From Verrucomicrobiota bacterium (GTDB lineage Bacteria; Verrucomicrobiota; Verrucomicrobiia; Opitutales; UBA953): a DNA stretch of 64,000 bases. Where the stretch lies: NCBI GenBank assembly GCA_030831965.1, contig JAURJZ010000080.1, positions 60,819-124,818 of the forward strand, in the 5' to 3' direction. The notes below the pieces were generated by a model, which saw nothing but the letters and a program-made list of their open reading frames with translations, had not been told where the DNA came from and ran no database searches. The position numbers were made by a program, and so were the translations under genes. Positions 8,761 through 17,485 of this stretch are shown here, piece by piece. Numbering within the stretch: position 1 is the stretch's first letter; each line of letters starts with the position of its first letter.

Positions 8761-9924
8761 TCAGGCACCCTCGCGGGGGTCGATGGGCTTGCGGGGCTTG
8801 GGAGCGGGGGCGGAGCCGGGCTTGGCCTTCTCGACGCCGGGGGCAGGAGCGGGGGGAGGGGCGGCCTCGGCGCCGCGGAAACTGGGCAGCTTGCCGGGGC
8901 CGTCGACCAAGGCGATGCGGGCCCGGGCGGCCTCGGGGACCGCCTTGAGCTGCTCGGGCGTGGTGATCTCGTCGTCGAAGACGACCTCGCCGGCGGCGTC
9001 CTTGACGGTGGCGAACTTCCTGCCGTTCTCATTGCGAACCTTAACCGAGCCCTGCTCGTCGGTGTAGCTTGAGGATCCGCTGACGCCGACTCCGGTCCCG
9101 AGGCTGAAGCTGCGGGAGAAGGTGGTGGCGCCGGCTCGGCCGGCGGCGGGCGGGATGGCTCCGGCGGGGGGAGCCGGGGGGGCGAGGTCGAGCTGGGGCA
9201 CGGGCAGGCCGCGCTGGCGCATGGCCTCGAGTTGCTCGCGAATCTCGGGGGGAAGGTTGGAGGATCCGGGACCGACAATGACCACCTGGCCGCCCGGCGC
9301 GCCGGGGGCGCCGAAGGTGACGGCACCGCCGCCGATCATCTGGCTGGGATCGATTTCCTGGCCGTTGATGGTGATGCGGACGCCGCCGTGGGCGGAAGGA
9401 TCGGGGGAAACGGCGGGACGAGGGGCGGCCGCGATCGGCTGCGAGACCGGACGTCCGGCGAGGGCGACCTCGACGGTCTCGACATCGGGGCCGCGGACGC
9501 GCACGAGCTTGACGGGCTGGCCGGGCTTGCGGGTGCGAACGAGGGTGCGGAACTGCTCGGCGTTGACCAGCACCTGGTCGTCGAGACGCGTGAGGACGTC
9601 CTTCTCCTGGAGAACGGCGGCGGCGGGACCCTTGGGGTCGACGAAGCCGACGACGATGCCCACGCCCTCGGGCAGGTCGGCGGCGAGATCCTGCTCGCGG
9701 AAGCGCGGGGTCAGGGGGAGGACGTTGACGCCGACGTAGGGCTGGAGGGGGCCGGCGGGCTGGACGGCGGAAGGCGGGGGAGCGCACTCGGCGACCTGCG
9801 GCTTGGCTTGGGCGGCGGGCGACTTTGCGGCAGGGGGCTTGGGCGAAGTCTCCTGTCCGGAGCCGGAGGCGGCGAGACCGGCGAGAAGCAGGACATGGAG
9901 GGGAATGTGGCGGAGCGGGCTCAT
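8761..9924 (-). CDS. Secreted PDZ-domain protein with Pro/Ala-rich regions
   Basis: Signal peptide MSPLRHIPLHVLLLAGLAASGSG. PDZ-like segment GVGIVVGFVDPKGPAAAVLQEKDVLTRLDDQVLVNAEQFRTLV. Lies downstream of the ECF sigma/anti-sigma pair on the same strand. Confidence 0.7.
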   Translation of the reverse strand: MSPLRHIPLHVLLLAGLAASGSGQETSPKPPAAKSPAAQAKPQVAECAPPPSAVQPAGPLQPYVGVNVLPLTPRFREQDLAADLPEGVGIVVGFVDPKGPAAAVLQEKDVLTRLDDQVLVNAEQFRTLVRTRKPGQPVKLVRVRGPDVETVEVALAGRPVSQPIAAAPRPAVSPDPSAHGGVRITINGQEIDPSQMIGGGAVTFGAPGAPGGQVVIVGPGSSNLPPEIREQLEAMRQRGLPVPQLDLAPPAPPAGAIPPAAGRAGATTFSRSFSLGTGVGVSGSSSYTDEQGSVKVRNENGRKFATVKDAAGEVVFDDEITTPEQLKAVPEAARARIALVDGPGKLPSFRGAEAAPPPAPAPGVEKAKPGSAPAPKPRKPIDPREGA

Positions 9925-9959
9925 GGTCTTGGGAGGTGAAGGGGAGGGGGAAATTGCCG

Positions 9960-10505
9960 TCAGTCGGTCTCGAACGGAACGAGGCCGATGACCTCGTCGT
10001 GGGGAGCGTGGCGGATCAGCTCGGCGCCGCTCCGGGTGTCGCGGAAATGGGCCGTGTTGTGCCAGCGCACGCGGACAGGTCGGGCGAAGAGGCCGTCGGA
10101 AAGGCGAACAGGCTCAAGGAGCGTGGCCTCCGGCGCGGATTGCTCGGCCCGGACCAGGCGCAGCTCGGGCTCGGCGGCGGCGGCCGCGGCGGACTTGGCC
10201 GCCCGGGCGGCGGCGAGCGGCGGCGTGGCGGACCTCAGCATGGGCGGAGGAGAGTCGGCCTGGGCGGCCATGATCATCGGCTCGGCCCCGGTGGGCGCGA
10301 CGGCATCGTCCGGCAAGGCCAGCATGACGGCGAAGCAGGCGGCGGCGGCGAGCCCGCCCCAGGCGAGGAAGGGAATGACGCGCGGGCGGCGGGCGGGCTC
10401 GGGTGTCTCGAGGGCGGCGGTGAGGCGCGCCTCCAGGCCGGCGGGGAGGCGCCGGGGGCGGAGGGAGCCGAGGGCGGCTTCGATCTCGCGGGTGTCTTCG
10501 CTCAT
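9960..10505 (-). CDS. Putative single-pass anti-sigma factor
   Basis: Start MSEDTREIEAALGSLRP overlaps the sigma stop (ATGA at 10502-10505). One TM segment (VIPFLAWGGLAAAACFAVMLAL). No HxxxCxxC zinc motif. Confidence 0.55.
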   Translation of the reverse strand: MSEDTREIEAALGSLRPRRLPAGLEARLTAALETPEPARRPRVIPFLAWGGLAAAACFAVMLALPDDAVAPTGAEPMIMAAQADSPPPMLRSATPPLAAARAAKSAAAAAAEPELRLVRAEQSAPEATLLEPVRLSDGLFARPVRVRWHNTAHFRDTRSGAELIRHAPHDEVIGLVPFETD

Positions 10506-11005
10506 GAAAGGACGGGGCCGAGGGTTTTCTTGAGGTTCTGCAAGGCATAGCGCCACCGGGAGGCGGCGGTGTTTGGAGAAATGCCGATTTGTTCGCCGAC
10601 CTGCTCGAAGGTCAGGCCGCCCCACTGGTGGAGGACGACAACCTCGCGTTGCTCCGGAGGCAGCTCCTGCACGGCCTTGGCAAGGAAGGCATGGCGCTCG
10701 TCGGCCGGAGGCTCGAACCAGCCGACGAGGTCGGCGTCAGCCGCGACGGCCTGCTCGCGGCGAAGGCGGCGGTCGGATTGGCGGCCGAGGTCGAGGGCCG
10801 CGCGCCGGATGGAGGTGACCACGAGGGCGTTGGGCTCGCCGGGCAGATGGCGCTGGTGACGCCAGTAGCGGATGAGCGCCTCCTGCAGGATGTCGTCGGC
10901 ATCGGCGTCGGAACGGGCCCAATGGCGCGCGATGAGCCTCAGCCGTGGGCCGTTCTCGGACAGCCAGGCCTGCCAGTCGCCGGGTGCGCTCGGTGCCTCG
11001 GACAT
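10502..11005 (-). CDS. ECF-type RNA polymerase sigma-70 family factor
   Basis: 167 aa. Region 2 (DADDILQEALIRYWRH) and region 4 (LPPEQREVVVLHQWGGLTFEQVGEQIGISPNTAASRWRYAL). Confidence 0.9.
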   Translation of the reverse strand: MSEAPSAPGDWQAWLSENGPRLRLIARHWARSDADADDILQEALIRYWRHQRHLPGEPNALVVTSIRRAALDLGRQSDRRLRREQAVAADADLVGWFEPPADERHAFLAKAVQELPPEQREVVVLHQWGGLTFEQVGEQIGISPNTAASRWRYALQNLKKTLGPVLS

Positions 11006-11041
11006 GCAATTGTTTCAATCCGAGCGCCGCCCGGGGCGCAA

Positions 11042-11056
11042 GTTGTCTGCGACAAC
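11042..11056. promoter_or_regulatory. Perfect 6-3-6 inverted repeat GTTGTC-TGC-GACAAC in the divergent promoter region (candidate operator)
   Basis: Read directly in the 101-bp gap between the ECF sigma start (11005) and the desaturase start (11107). Function is inferred only. Confidence 0.25.
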
Positions 11057-11106
11057 CGGGCTATTCAGTTGCGGAAGCCCCGTTTGCGCCCAAGGCTGTG
11101 GCTCGC

Positions 11107-12069
11107 ATGCACGCGCCTCAAAAGGAGCCCAAAACGGGCCTGGGCACCGCCCTGATCCGGTGGTTTGACGCCGACTACCATCCCGGCGGCGTGGAAGCCA
11201 TGCTCACCGCGCCCAACAAGGTGGACTGGCCGCGCTGCATCCCCTTCGTGGTCCTCCACCTTGGGTGCCTGGCGGTCTTCTGGGTGGGCTGGAGCCCGGC
11301 CGCGGCCTGGACAGCCGTCGCCCTCTACTGGGGGCGCATGCTGGCGGTGACCGGGGTGCTCCACCGGTATTTCTCGCACAAGACGTACAGCACCTCGCGG
11401 CCGATGCAGTTCCTGCTCGCGCTCTGGGCGGCGACCTCGGTCCAGCGCGGGGCGCTCTGGTGGGCCTACACGCACCGGCACCACCACCGGCACTCGGACG
11501 AGCCGGACGACAAGCACTCGCCGGTGCAGGACGGCTTCTGGTGGTCGCACATCGGCTGGATCACCAGCAAGCGCAACTTCCCGACCGACTACTCGAAGGT
11601 GAGCGACCTGGCCAGGTACCCCGAGCTCGTCTTCCTCAACCGCTTCGACGTGCTGGTGCCCATCCTCTTCGGCGCCGCTTGCTACGGCTTCGGGGCGTGG
11701 CTGGCCTCGGCGGGAATCGAGACCAGCGGGGCCCAGATGCTGGTCTGGGGCTTCTTCATCTCCACCACGGCCCTCTTCCATGGCACGGCCTGCATCAACT
11801 CGATGGCCCACGTCTGGGGGAAGCGCCGCTTCGCCACGCCGGATGACTCGCGCAACTCGTGGATCCTGACCCTCATCACGCTCGGGGAGGGCTGGCACAA
11901 CAATCACCACCGTTACCAGGCCACCACCCGCCAGGGCTTCTACTGGTGGGAGTTCGACCCGACCTACTACTTCCTCAAGGCGCTCTCGTGGACCGGCCTG
12001 ATCTGGGGCCTGAAGCCCGTGCCCGCCTCGGTCTACGAGGAGGCGTCCGGCTCCGGCAAGCACGGCTAA
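11107..12069 (+). CDS. Membrane fatty-acid (acyl-CoA/acyl-lipid) desaturase
   Basis: Histidine boxes HRYFSH, HRHHHRHSD and HNNHHRYQ. Start set at the ATG at 11107 (MHAPQKEPK), in frame with track ORF 10945..12069. The exact start is uncertain. Confidence 0.85.
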   Translation: MHAPQKEPKTGLGTALIRWFDADYHPGGVEAMLTAPNKVDWPRCIPFVVLHLGCLAVFWVGWSPAAAWTAVALYWGRMLAVTGVLHRYFSHKTYSTSRPMQFLLALWAATSVQRGALWWAYTHRHHHRHSDEPDDKHSPVQDGFWWSHIGWITSKRNFPTDYSKVSDLARYPELVFLNRFDVLVPILFGAACYGFGAWLASAGIETSGAQMLVWGFFISTTALFHGTACINSMAHVWGKRRFATPDDSRNSWILTLITLGEGWHNNHHRYQATTRQGFYWWEFDPTYYFLKALSWTGLIWGLKPVPASVYEEASGSGKHG

Positions 12070-12073
12070 GGCC

Positions 12074-13348
12074 ATGGAGCGCGAGCGGATCGCCGTCGTC
12101 GGCTCAGGCATCTCGGGGCTGGGCTGCGCCCGGTTCCTCGACCCCTGGCACGAGGTGACGCTGATCGACGGCGACGCGCGCGCCGGCGGCCACGCCCACA
12201 CCATCGAGGTGACGGAGCCCGGCACGGGCGAGCGCAAGCCGATGGACGTCGGCTTCATGGTCTACAACGAGGCGACCTACCCCCTGCTCTGCCGGCTCTT
12301 CCGCGAGCTCGGCGTGGCGCCGCGGCCGACGTCGATGTCCTTCTCCGTCCGCCACGACCCGACGGGGCTCGAGTGGTCGGGCTCCTCCCTGAACCACCTC
12401 TTCGCCCAGCGGCGCAACCTGCTCAGCCCGCGCTTCTGGTCGCTGCTGCTGCAGATCAACCGCTTCAACAAGGCAGCCGCCGAGGGATGGAAGTCGGCCG
12501 AGGCCGAGAGCACCCCGCTCGGGACCTGGTGCGAGCGCCACGGCCTGGGCCGGGACTTCCTCGACCTTTACCTCGTGCCGATGAGCTCGGCGGTGTGGTC
12601 GACGCCGCCGGAGCTCATGCTCGGCTTCCCCGCGGCCAAGCTCCTGCGCTTCTTCCACAACCACGGCTTCCTCGGCCTGCACACCCAGCATCCCTGGCTG
12701 ACGCCGTCCGGCGGCTCGCGCACCTATGTCGCCGCCCTGCTCGGGCGCCTGCGCGGCAAGGTGCGCCTCGGGGCGCCCGCCGAGGCCGTGCGGCGCGCCG
12801 GAGCGGGCGCCGAGGTGCGGGTGGGCGGCGAGTGGCAGGCCTTCGACCGGGTGATCCTCGCGACGCACGCCCCGACCTCGCTCCGCCTGCTCCAGGACGC
12901 CGACGAGCAGGAGCGGCGGGTGCTCGGCGCCTTCGCGGTCAACGCCAACGTCGCGACCGTCCACACCGACATGTCCGTGCTGCCGCGCACACCGCTCGCG
13001 CGCGCCTCGTGGAACGTCCGGACGTGGGACGAGGGAGGGCGGCGGCCGACCTCGACACACTACTGGATGAACTCGCTGCAGGGCGTCTCCGACCGCGAGA
13101 ACTACCTCGTGACCATCAACCACCCCGGCCAGGTCGACCCGGCCCGCGTGCTCCGGTCCATCCCCTGCGACCACCCGCTCTTCTCGCTCGACGCGCTCCG
13201 CGCCCAGGGCGAGATCGCCGCCCTCAACGCCCGGCCCGGGGCGCGCATCCACTTCGCCGGCGCCTGGCAGCGCTACGGCTTCCACGAGGACGGCCTGTGG
13301 TCGGCCCATCGCCTCTGCGGCCAGCTCCTCGGAGGGGAGCCCTGGTGA
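12074..13348 (+). CDS. FAD/NAD(P)-binding amine-oxidase-like oxidoreductase (UfaD-like by context)
   Basis: N-terminal dinucleotide fold RIAVVGSGISGLGCA. 424 aa. Family normally found next to DUF1365 and CFA-synthase genes. Confidence 0.8.
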   Translation: MERERIAVVGSGISGLGCARFLDPWHEVTLIDGDARAGGHAHTIEVTEPGTGERKPMDVGFMVYNEATYPLLCRLFRELGVAPRPTSMSFSVRHDPTGLEWSGSSLNHLFAQRRNLLSPRFWSLLLQINRFNKAAAEGWKSAEAESTPLGTWCERHGLGRDFLDLYLVPMSSAVWSTPPELMLGFPAAKLLRFFHNHGFLGLHTQHPWLTPSGGSRTYVAALLGRLRGKVRLGAPAEAVRRAGAGAEVRVGGEWQAFDRVILATHAPTSLRLLQDADEQERRVLGAFAVNANVATVHTDMSVLPRTPLARASWNVRTWDEGGRRPTSTHYWMNSLQGVSDRENYLVTINHPGQVDPARVLRSIPCDHPLFSLDALRAQGEIAALNARPGARIHFAGAWQRYGFHEDGLWSAHRLCGQLLGGEPW

Positions 13349-14163
13349 GCAAGCCCGACCCCGAGATCCCCTCGCTCTCCCTGCGTCCGATTGGCCACGT
13401 GCGCACGGGCAAGCACCTGAAGCACGCCGCGCGTCACCAGCCCGACGAGACGGCCGAGGAGCGCAACGTCATCGAGCTCCTGCCCGTGCCCGGTTACCAG
13501 GAGGCGCTCCACGACCTCGCCGGCTTCGAGCGCATCTGGCTCGTCTGGTGGTTTCACCTCAACACACGCTGGCGCTCGAAGGTGCTCCCGCCCTACGGGC
13601 CCGACCGTCGGCTCGGCCTCTTCGCGACCCGCACTCCTCACCGTCCGAATCCCCTCGGCATCACGCCCGTCCGGCTGTTCGGCGTGACCAAGAACCGGAT
13701 CGAGATCGGCCCCTGCGACCTCGTGGACGGTACGCCGATCCTCGACATCAAGCCCTACCTGCCAGCCTACGACAGTTTCCCCAACGCAGCGACGGGCTGG
13801 TGGGGGGATTTCATGGCCGCCGAGGCGGCGCGCGGGCCGACGAAGGTCGTCGTCGCCCCGCTCGCGCGCGAGCAGCTGACCTGGCTCGAAAAGGAATTCG
13901 GTGTCGAGTTCGAGGGGCGGATGACGGAGATCCTCACCCGCGATCCCTCGCCTCATCGGACGCGCCGCATCCGCAAGCGGCGCGGCGGGGGCTTCGACAT
14001 CGCCTGCGGGGCCTGGCGCGCGGTCTTCGATTTAGCGGATGGCGTCGCGACCGTGACCTCGGTCGAGCCGGCCTTCCCACCGACCTTCCTCAAGGATACG
14101 GGGCGAACGAGGATACCGGATCGCGAGGCGCAAGTGAGCTTCCTTCGGAAGTGGGGGAGTTAG
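13345..14163 (+). CDS. trmO: TrmO/TsaA (YaeB, UPF0066) family SAM-dependent methyltransferase-like protein
   Basis: GTG start at 13345 overlaps the upstream TGA (GTGA). Motifs: LRPIGHVRT..., FERIWLVWWFH, RPNPLGITPVRL, DLVDGTPILDIKPYLP. About 120-aa C-terminal extension. Stop TAG at 14161-14163. Confidence 0.8.
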   Translation: MSKPDPEIPSLSLRPIGHVRTGKHLKHAARHQPDETAEERNVIELLPVPGYQEALHDLAGFERIWLVWWFHLNTRWRSKVLPPYGPDRRLGLFATRTPHRPNPLGITPVRLFGVTKNRIEIGPCDLVDGTPILDIKPYLPAYDSFPNAATGWWGDFMAAEAARGPTKVVVAPLAREQLTWLEKEFGVEFEGRMTEILTRDPSPHRTRRIRKRRGGGFDIACGAWRAVFDLADGVATVTSVEPAFPPTFLKDTGRTRIPDREAQVSFLRKWGS

Positions 14164-14406
14164 CGGTGTCCGCGGTGTTAGCGGGTCTGCGGAGGGAGCT
14201 GTGCTCCCCGTAGTCGCGCCTGCGGCGCGGGTAGGGGTATGGCTACGCCCATGCCCTAGGTCACGGACGTAGCCGCGACCCTACGGAACGGATTTCAGAA
14301 GCACAGGGGCACAGCGGCACGGGAGAAACACGGCTGCAAATCTCGCAGGGCTGGAGGCCCTCCGCTGACCCGCAGAGACCGCTGACACCGCTAAACGATT
14401 GTCCGC
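14160..14406. repeat. Composite palindromic intergenic repeat element, copy B (MITE/REP-like)
   Basis: 11-bp perfect terminal inverted repeat: TTAGCGGTGTC at 14160-14170 and GACACCGCTAA at 14384-14394. The 45-bp core at 14185-14229 matches 7974-8018 with 1 mismatch. The 31-bp core at 14334-14364 matches 8029-8059 with 2 mismatches. A nested hairpin insert lies at 14230-14286. Confidence 0.8.
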
Positions 14407-14457
14407 CGGCTGGCTCGATGAGCCGGCCCTACCCATGGCGTCCCTACCCAGCCGCCC

Positions 14458-15339
14458 TTGCCTTCGGGACACTTCGCGTCACCGTCAAAAGTGGTGACCG
14501 CCCGACTCTACGACTGCGAGGTGATGCATGCCCGGCTCGCGCCGAAGGGGCATCGTTTCACGCATTCAGTCTTCGCTCTGGCCGCCGAGATCGACGGACT
14601 GGCTGATCTCGGAGAGGGGCTTCGGTTGCTGGGCCCGGAGGGGAGCCGGGCGCCCTACCAGCTGCGCGACGGCGATTTCCTGCCGCGCCGCCCGATCTTC
14701 CACCCTGGAAACCAGCGCGAGGAGCACTTCGGCAAAGCCAGCGACAATCTTCCTGCGCGCGTGCGGGCCTTCGCCGCCGCCCACGGCTGCGTGATCCCGG
14801 CCGAGGCCCGCATCACCCTCGTCGCCCTGCCCCGCGCCTTCGGCCGGTCGTATAATCCGGCATCCTTCCACCTGATCGAGTGGCACGGCGAACTGCGGGC
14901 GGCGGTGGCCGAGGTCCACAACACCTTCGGCGAGCGCAAGGCCTGGTTTCTCGGGCCGGAGTGCCGGCAGCCGGACGGCGGACTGCGGCTGCGCACGCCG
15001 AAGCGCTTCTATGTGTCGCCCTTCTCGGGGCTGGAGACGGAGTTCGAGTTCATCCTGAGGGCGCCGGACGACCGCCTGCTCCTGAAGGTCGACCACTGGG
15101 AGGGCGGGATCCGGACGCTTATCAGCGCCTGGACGGGAAGGCGGGTGCCGCTGACGGACGGGCGCCTGGCCTGGCTGACCCTGCGGATGCCCTTCCTGGT
15201 CCTGAAGGTCATTGCCCTGATCCACCTCCACGCGGGCTGGCTTTGGCTTGTCAAACGGCTTCCCTTCCGCCGGAAGAAGGACGACCCTGCATCGCAGATC
15301 GACCTGCGCGACCCCCACCCCGACACCCCTGATGCCTGA
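14458..15339 (+). CDS. DUF1365 family protein (UfaO-like by context)
   Basis: ARLYDCEVMHARLAPKGHRFTHSVFALAAEIDGL matches the typical DUF1365 N-terminus. The start is uncertain (TTG at 14458 or a later GTG). Overlaps the next gene by 8 nt. Confidence 0.8.
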   Translation: MPSGHFASPSKVVTARLYDCEVMHARLAPKGHRFTHSVFALAAEIDGLADLGEGLRLLGPEGSRAPYQLRDGDFLPRRPIFHPGNQREEHFGKASDNLPARVRAFAAAHGCVIPAEARITLVALPRAFGRSYNPASFHLIEWHGELRAAVAEVHNTFGERKAWFLGPECRQPDGGLRLRTPKRFYVSPFSGLETEFEFILRAPDDRLLLKVDHWEGGIRTLISAWTGRRVPLTDGRLAWLTLRMPFLVLKVIALIHLHAGWLWLVKRLPFRRKKDDPASQIDLRDPHPDTPDA

Positions 15340-16618
15340 GTCCACCGCCCCCGCCCTCTCGCTCGAGCAAGCCGCCCGAGGCGGCGGCATGATGCGCCGG
15401 CTGGTGCTGCGCGAGCTGGCGCTGCTCGACCAGGGCCGGCTGCGCCTCTTCCTCCCCGAGGGCGGGCATATCGCCTTCGGCAGCCCGGCCGCAGGGGGCC
15501 CGGGGGCGATGATCCAAGTCAAGGACGAGAACGCCTTTCGGCGGATTGTGCTGTCGGCCGACATCGGCCTGACCGAGGGCTACATCGAGGGCGAGTGGGA
15601 CTCGCCCGACCTCACCGCGGTGATTGGCTTCTTCCTCGAGAACATCGAGCGTACCCCGAATGTCTCGGGCAGCGGCCGCAAGGCCTTGGCCCTCGGCGCG
15701 CTGCGCATCGCCGACCGCATCGGCCACCTCCTGAGGTCGAACGACCGCGCAACCGCCCGGCGCAACATCGCCGAGCACTACGACCTCTCGAACGACTTCT
15801 TCCGGCTCTTCCTCGACCCGTCGATGATGTACTCCTCGGCGCGCTGGAACGGGCACACGGCGACGCTCGAGGAGGCCCAGCGCGAGAAGAACGAGGCGCT
15901 CTGCCGCCACCTGCGCCTCGGGCCCTCGGACCACCTGCTGGAGATCGGCACGGGCTGGGGCGGCTTCGCCCTGCACGCGGTGTCGACCCGCGGCTGCCGC
16001 GTGACCTCGCTGACCATCTCGCCCGCGCAGCGCGACCTGGCGGTGGAGCGGATCCGCGCCGCCGGCCTCTCCGACCGCATTGCGGTGCGCCTGGAGGACT
16101 TCCGCGACCACCGCGGGAGCTACGACAAATGCGTGTCCATCGAGATGATGGAGGCCCTCGGCCACCGCTACCTGCCGGCGTTCTGCTCGGCGGTCGGACG
16201 CCTGCTCAAGCCAAACGGCCTGGCCGCCTTCCAGTACATCACCTGCCCGGACGCGCGCTACGAGCAGTTCCGGAAGGGCGTGGACTTCATCCAAAAGCAT
16301 ATCTTCCCGGGCTCGCTCCTGCTCTCGGTCAACCGGGTCAACGCCCTGATGACGGAGAAGGGCGGCTTCCAGCTGCACGCGCTGGACGACTTCGGTCCGG
16401 ACTACGCGCGGACGCTCGACGCCTGGGCGCAGGCCTTCGAGGCGAACCTAGCCGGGGTGCGGGCGCTCGGCTTTGACGAGCGCTTCATCCGCAAGTGGCG
16501 GCTCTACCTCCGATACTGTGAGGCGGCCTTCGCCCACCGCAACATCGGCGTCGTCCAAGCCCTCTATACCCGACCCAACAACCCCGCCCTCAACCCGCCA
16601 TGCTCGCCCGCCGCCTGA
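15332..16618 (+). CDS. Cyclopropane-fatty-acyl-phospholipid synthase family SAM-dependent methyltransferase
   Basis: HYDLSNDFFRLFLDPSMMYSSA and the SAM motif LLEIGTGWGGFA. ATG at 15332, in frame with track ORF 15248..16618. Confidence 0.9.
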   Translation: MPESTAPALSLEQAARGGGMMRRLVLRELALLDQGRLRLFLPEGGHIAFGSPAAGGPGAMIQVKDENAFRRIVLSADIGLTEGYIEGEWDSPDLTAVIGFFLENIERTPNVSGSGRKALALGALRIADRIGHLLRSNDRATARRNIAEHYDLSNDFFRLFLDPSMMYSSARWNGHTATLEEAQREKNEALCRHLRLGPSDHLLEIGTGWGGFALHAVSTRGCRVTSLTISPAQRDLAVERIRAAGLSDRIAVRLEDFRDHRGSYDKCVSIEMMEALGHRYLPAFCSAVGRLLKPNGLAAFQYITCPDARYEQFRKGVDFIQKHIFPGSLLLSVNRVNALMTEKGGFQLHALDDFGPDYARTLDAWAQAFEANLAGVRALGFDERFIRKWRLYLRYCEAAFAHRNIGVVQALYTRPNNPALNPPCSPAA

Positions 16619-17010
16619 TCGCCCTGTACGCCCTCGCCGTCCTCGTCGCCATGACCTGGGTCTCGTGGTATGCCTCCACCGAGCCCTCCGTGTCCGGCAT
16701 CAACCTGGTCAACGCGCCCGCCAACAGCCTGACCTTCCACGGCCGCGACCTGAACGTGCTCGAGGGTTTCGTCACCGTCTGCTCCGAGCCCTGGGGGCTG
16801 GCGACGATGTTCGACGCCTATTTCGGCTTCCTCGCCTTCTTCCTCTACGTCGCCTGGCGCGAGGCGACCGTCGCCGCCCGTCTCGGCTGGTTCGTGGCGC
16901 TGATGCTCCTGGGCAACTTCGCCATCGCGGCCTACCTGCTGCTCGCCCTGCGCGCCGCGCCGGACGAGACCGACCTGGGCAAGGTCTTCTTCGCCCGCAA
17001 GGCGGCCTGA
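16600..17010 (+). CDS. Small integral membrane protein (DUF1475-like)
   Basis: 136 aa, about 4 TM segments (WGLATMFDAYFGFLAFFLYVAWRE). 19-nt overlap with the CFA-synthase gene. The family name is from memory and tentative. Confidence 0.55.
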   Translation: MLARRLIALYALAVLVAMTWVSWYASTEPSVSGINLVNAPANSLTFHGRDLNVLEGFVTVCSEPWGLATMFDAYFGFLAFFLYVAWREATVAARLGWFVALMLLGNFAIAAYLLLALRAAPDETDLGKVFFARKAA

Positions 17011-17011
17011 G

Positions 17012-17485
17012 ATGGGGCGGGTCGGCGACTGGCTGCGGCGCCGGGTCCGCGACCCGCTGGTCGCCGAGATCCGACAAGGGGCCACGCCGGAAGGCATAGG
17101 GACGTCCATCTCCGTCGGCGCGGCCATCGGGCTGCTGCCCTTCCTCGGCACGACCACCCTGCTCTGCGCCCTCGCCGGGCGGCTCTTCCGGCTGAACCAC
17201 GTGGCGCTGCAGGTGACGAATTACCTGCTCTACCCGGCGCAGATCGCCCTCATCGTCCCCTTCGTGCGGCTGGGCGAGTCCTTGCTGGGGGCGGAGGCGA
17301 TGCCGATCGACCCGGCCACAGTGGTGTCTGAGTTCAGCTCCTCGCCCACCGCCTTCCTCGCCAAGTTCGGGATGGCCGGCGTCCATGCCTTCCTCGCCTG
17401 GGCCTTGGTGGTACCCGCGGCGGCCCTCCTCCTGCGCCGACTCCTGTTGCCGAGCATGAGAAAGCTGGCTAGTCTGGCCCGATGA
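17012..17485 (+). CDS. DUF2062 family membrane protein
   Basis: SISVGAAIGLLPFLGTTTLLCALAGRLFRLNHVALQVTNYLLYPAQIAL is typical of DUF2062. Starts 1 nt after the previous stop. Confidence 0.7.
   Translation: MGRVGDWLRRRVRDPLVAEIRQGATPEGIGTSISVGAAIGLLPFLGTTTLLCALAGRLFRLNHVALQVTNYLLYPAQIALIVPFVRLGESLLGAEAMPIDPATVVSEFSSSPTAFLAKFGMAGVHAFLAWALVVPAAALLLRRLLLPSMRKLASLAR

Noticed and set aside
14228-14288. tRNA-like or small-RNA-like nested stem structure (GTAGGG/CCCTAC enclosing GGCTACG/CGTAGCC).
   Set aside because: There is no cloverleaf: no T-loop GTTCGAATC-type motif, no D-arm, no anticodon stem of correct geometry. It is treated as an internal module of repeat copy B.
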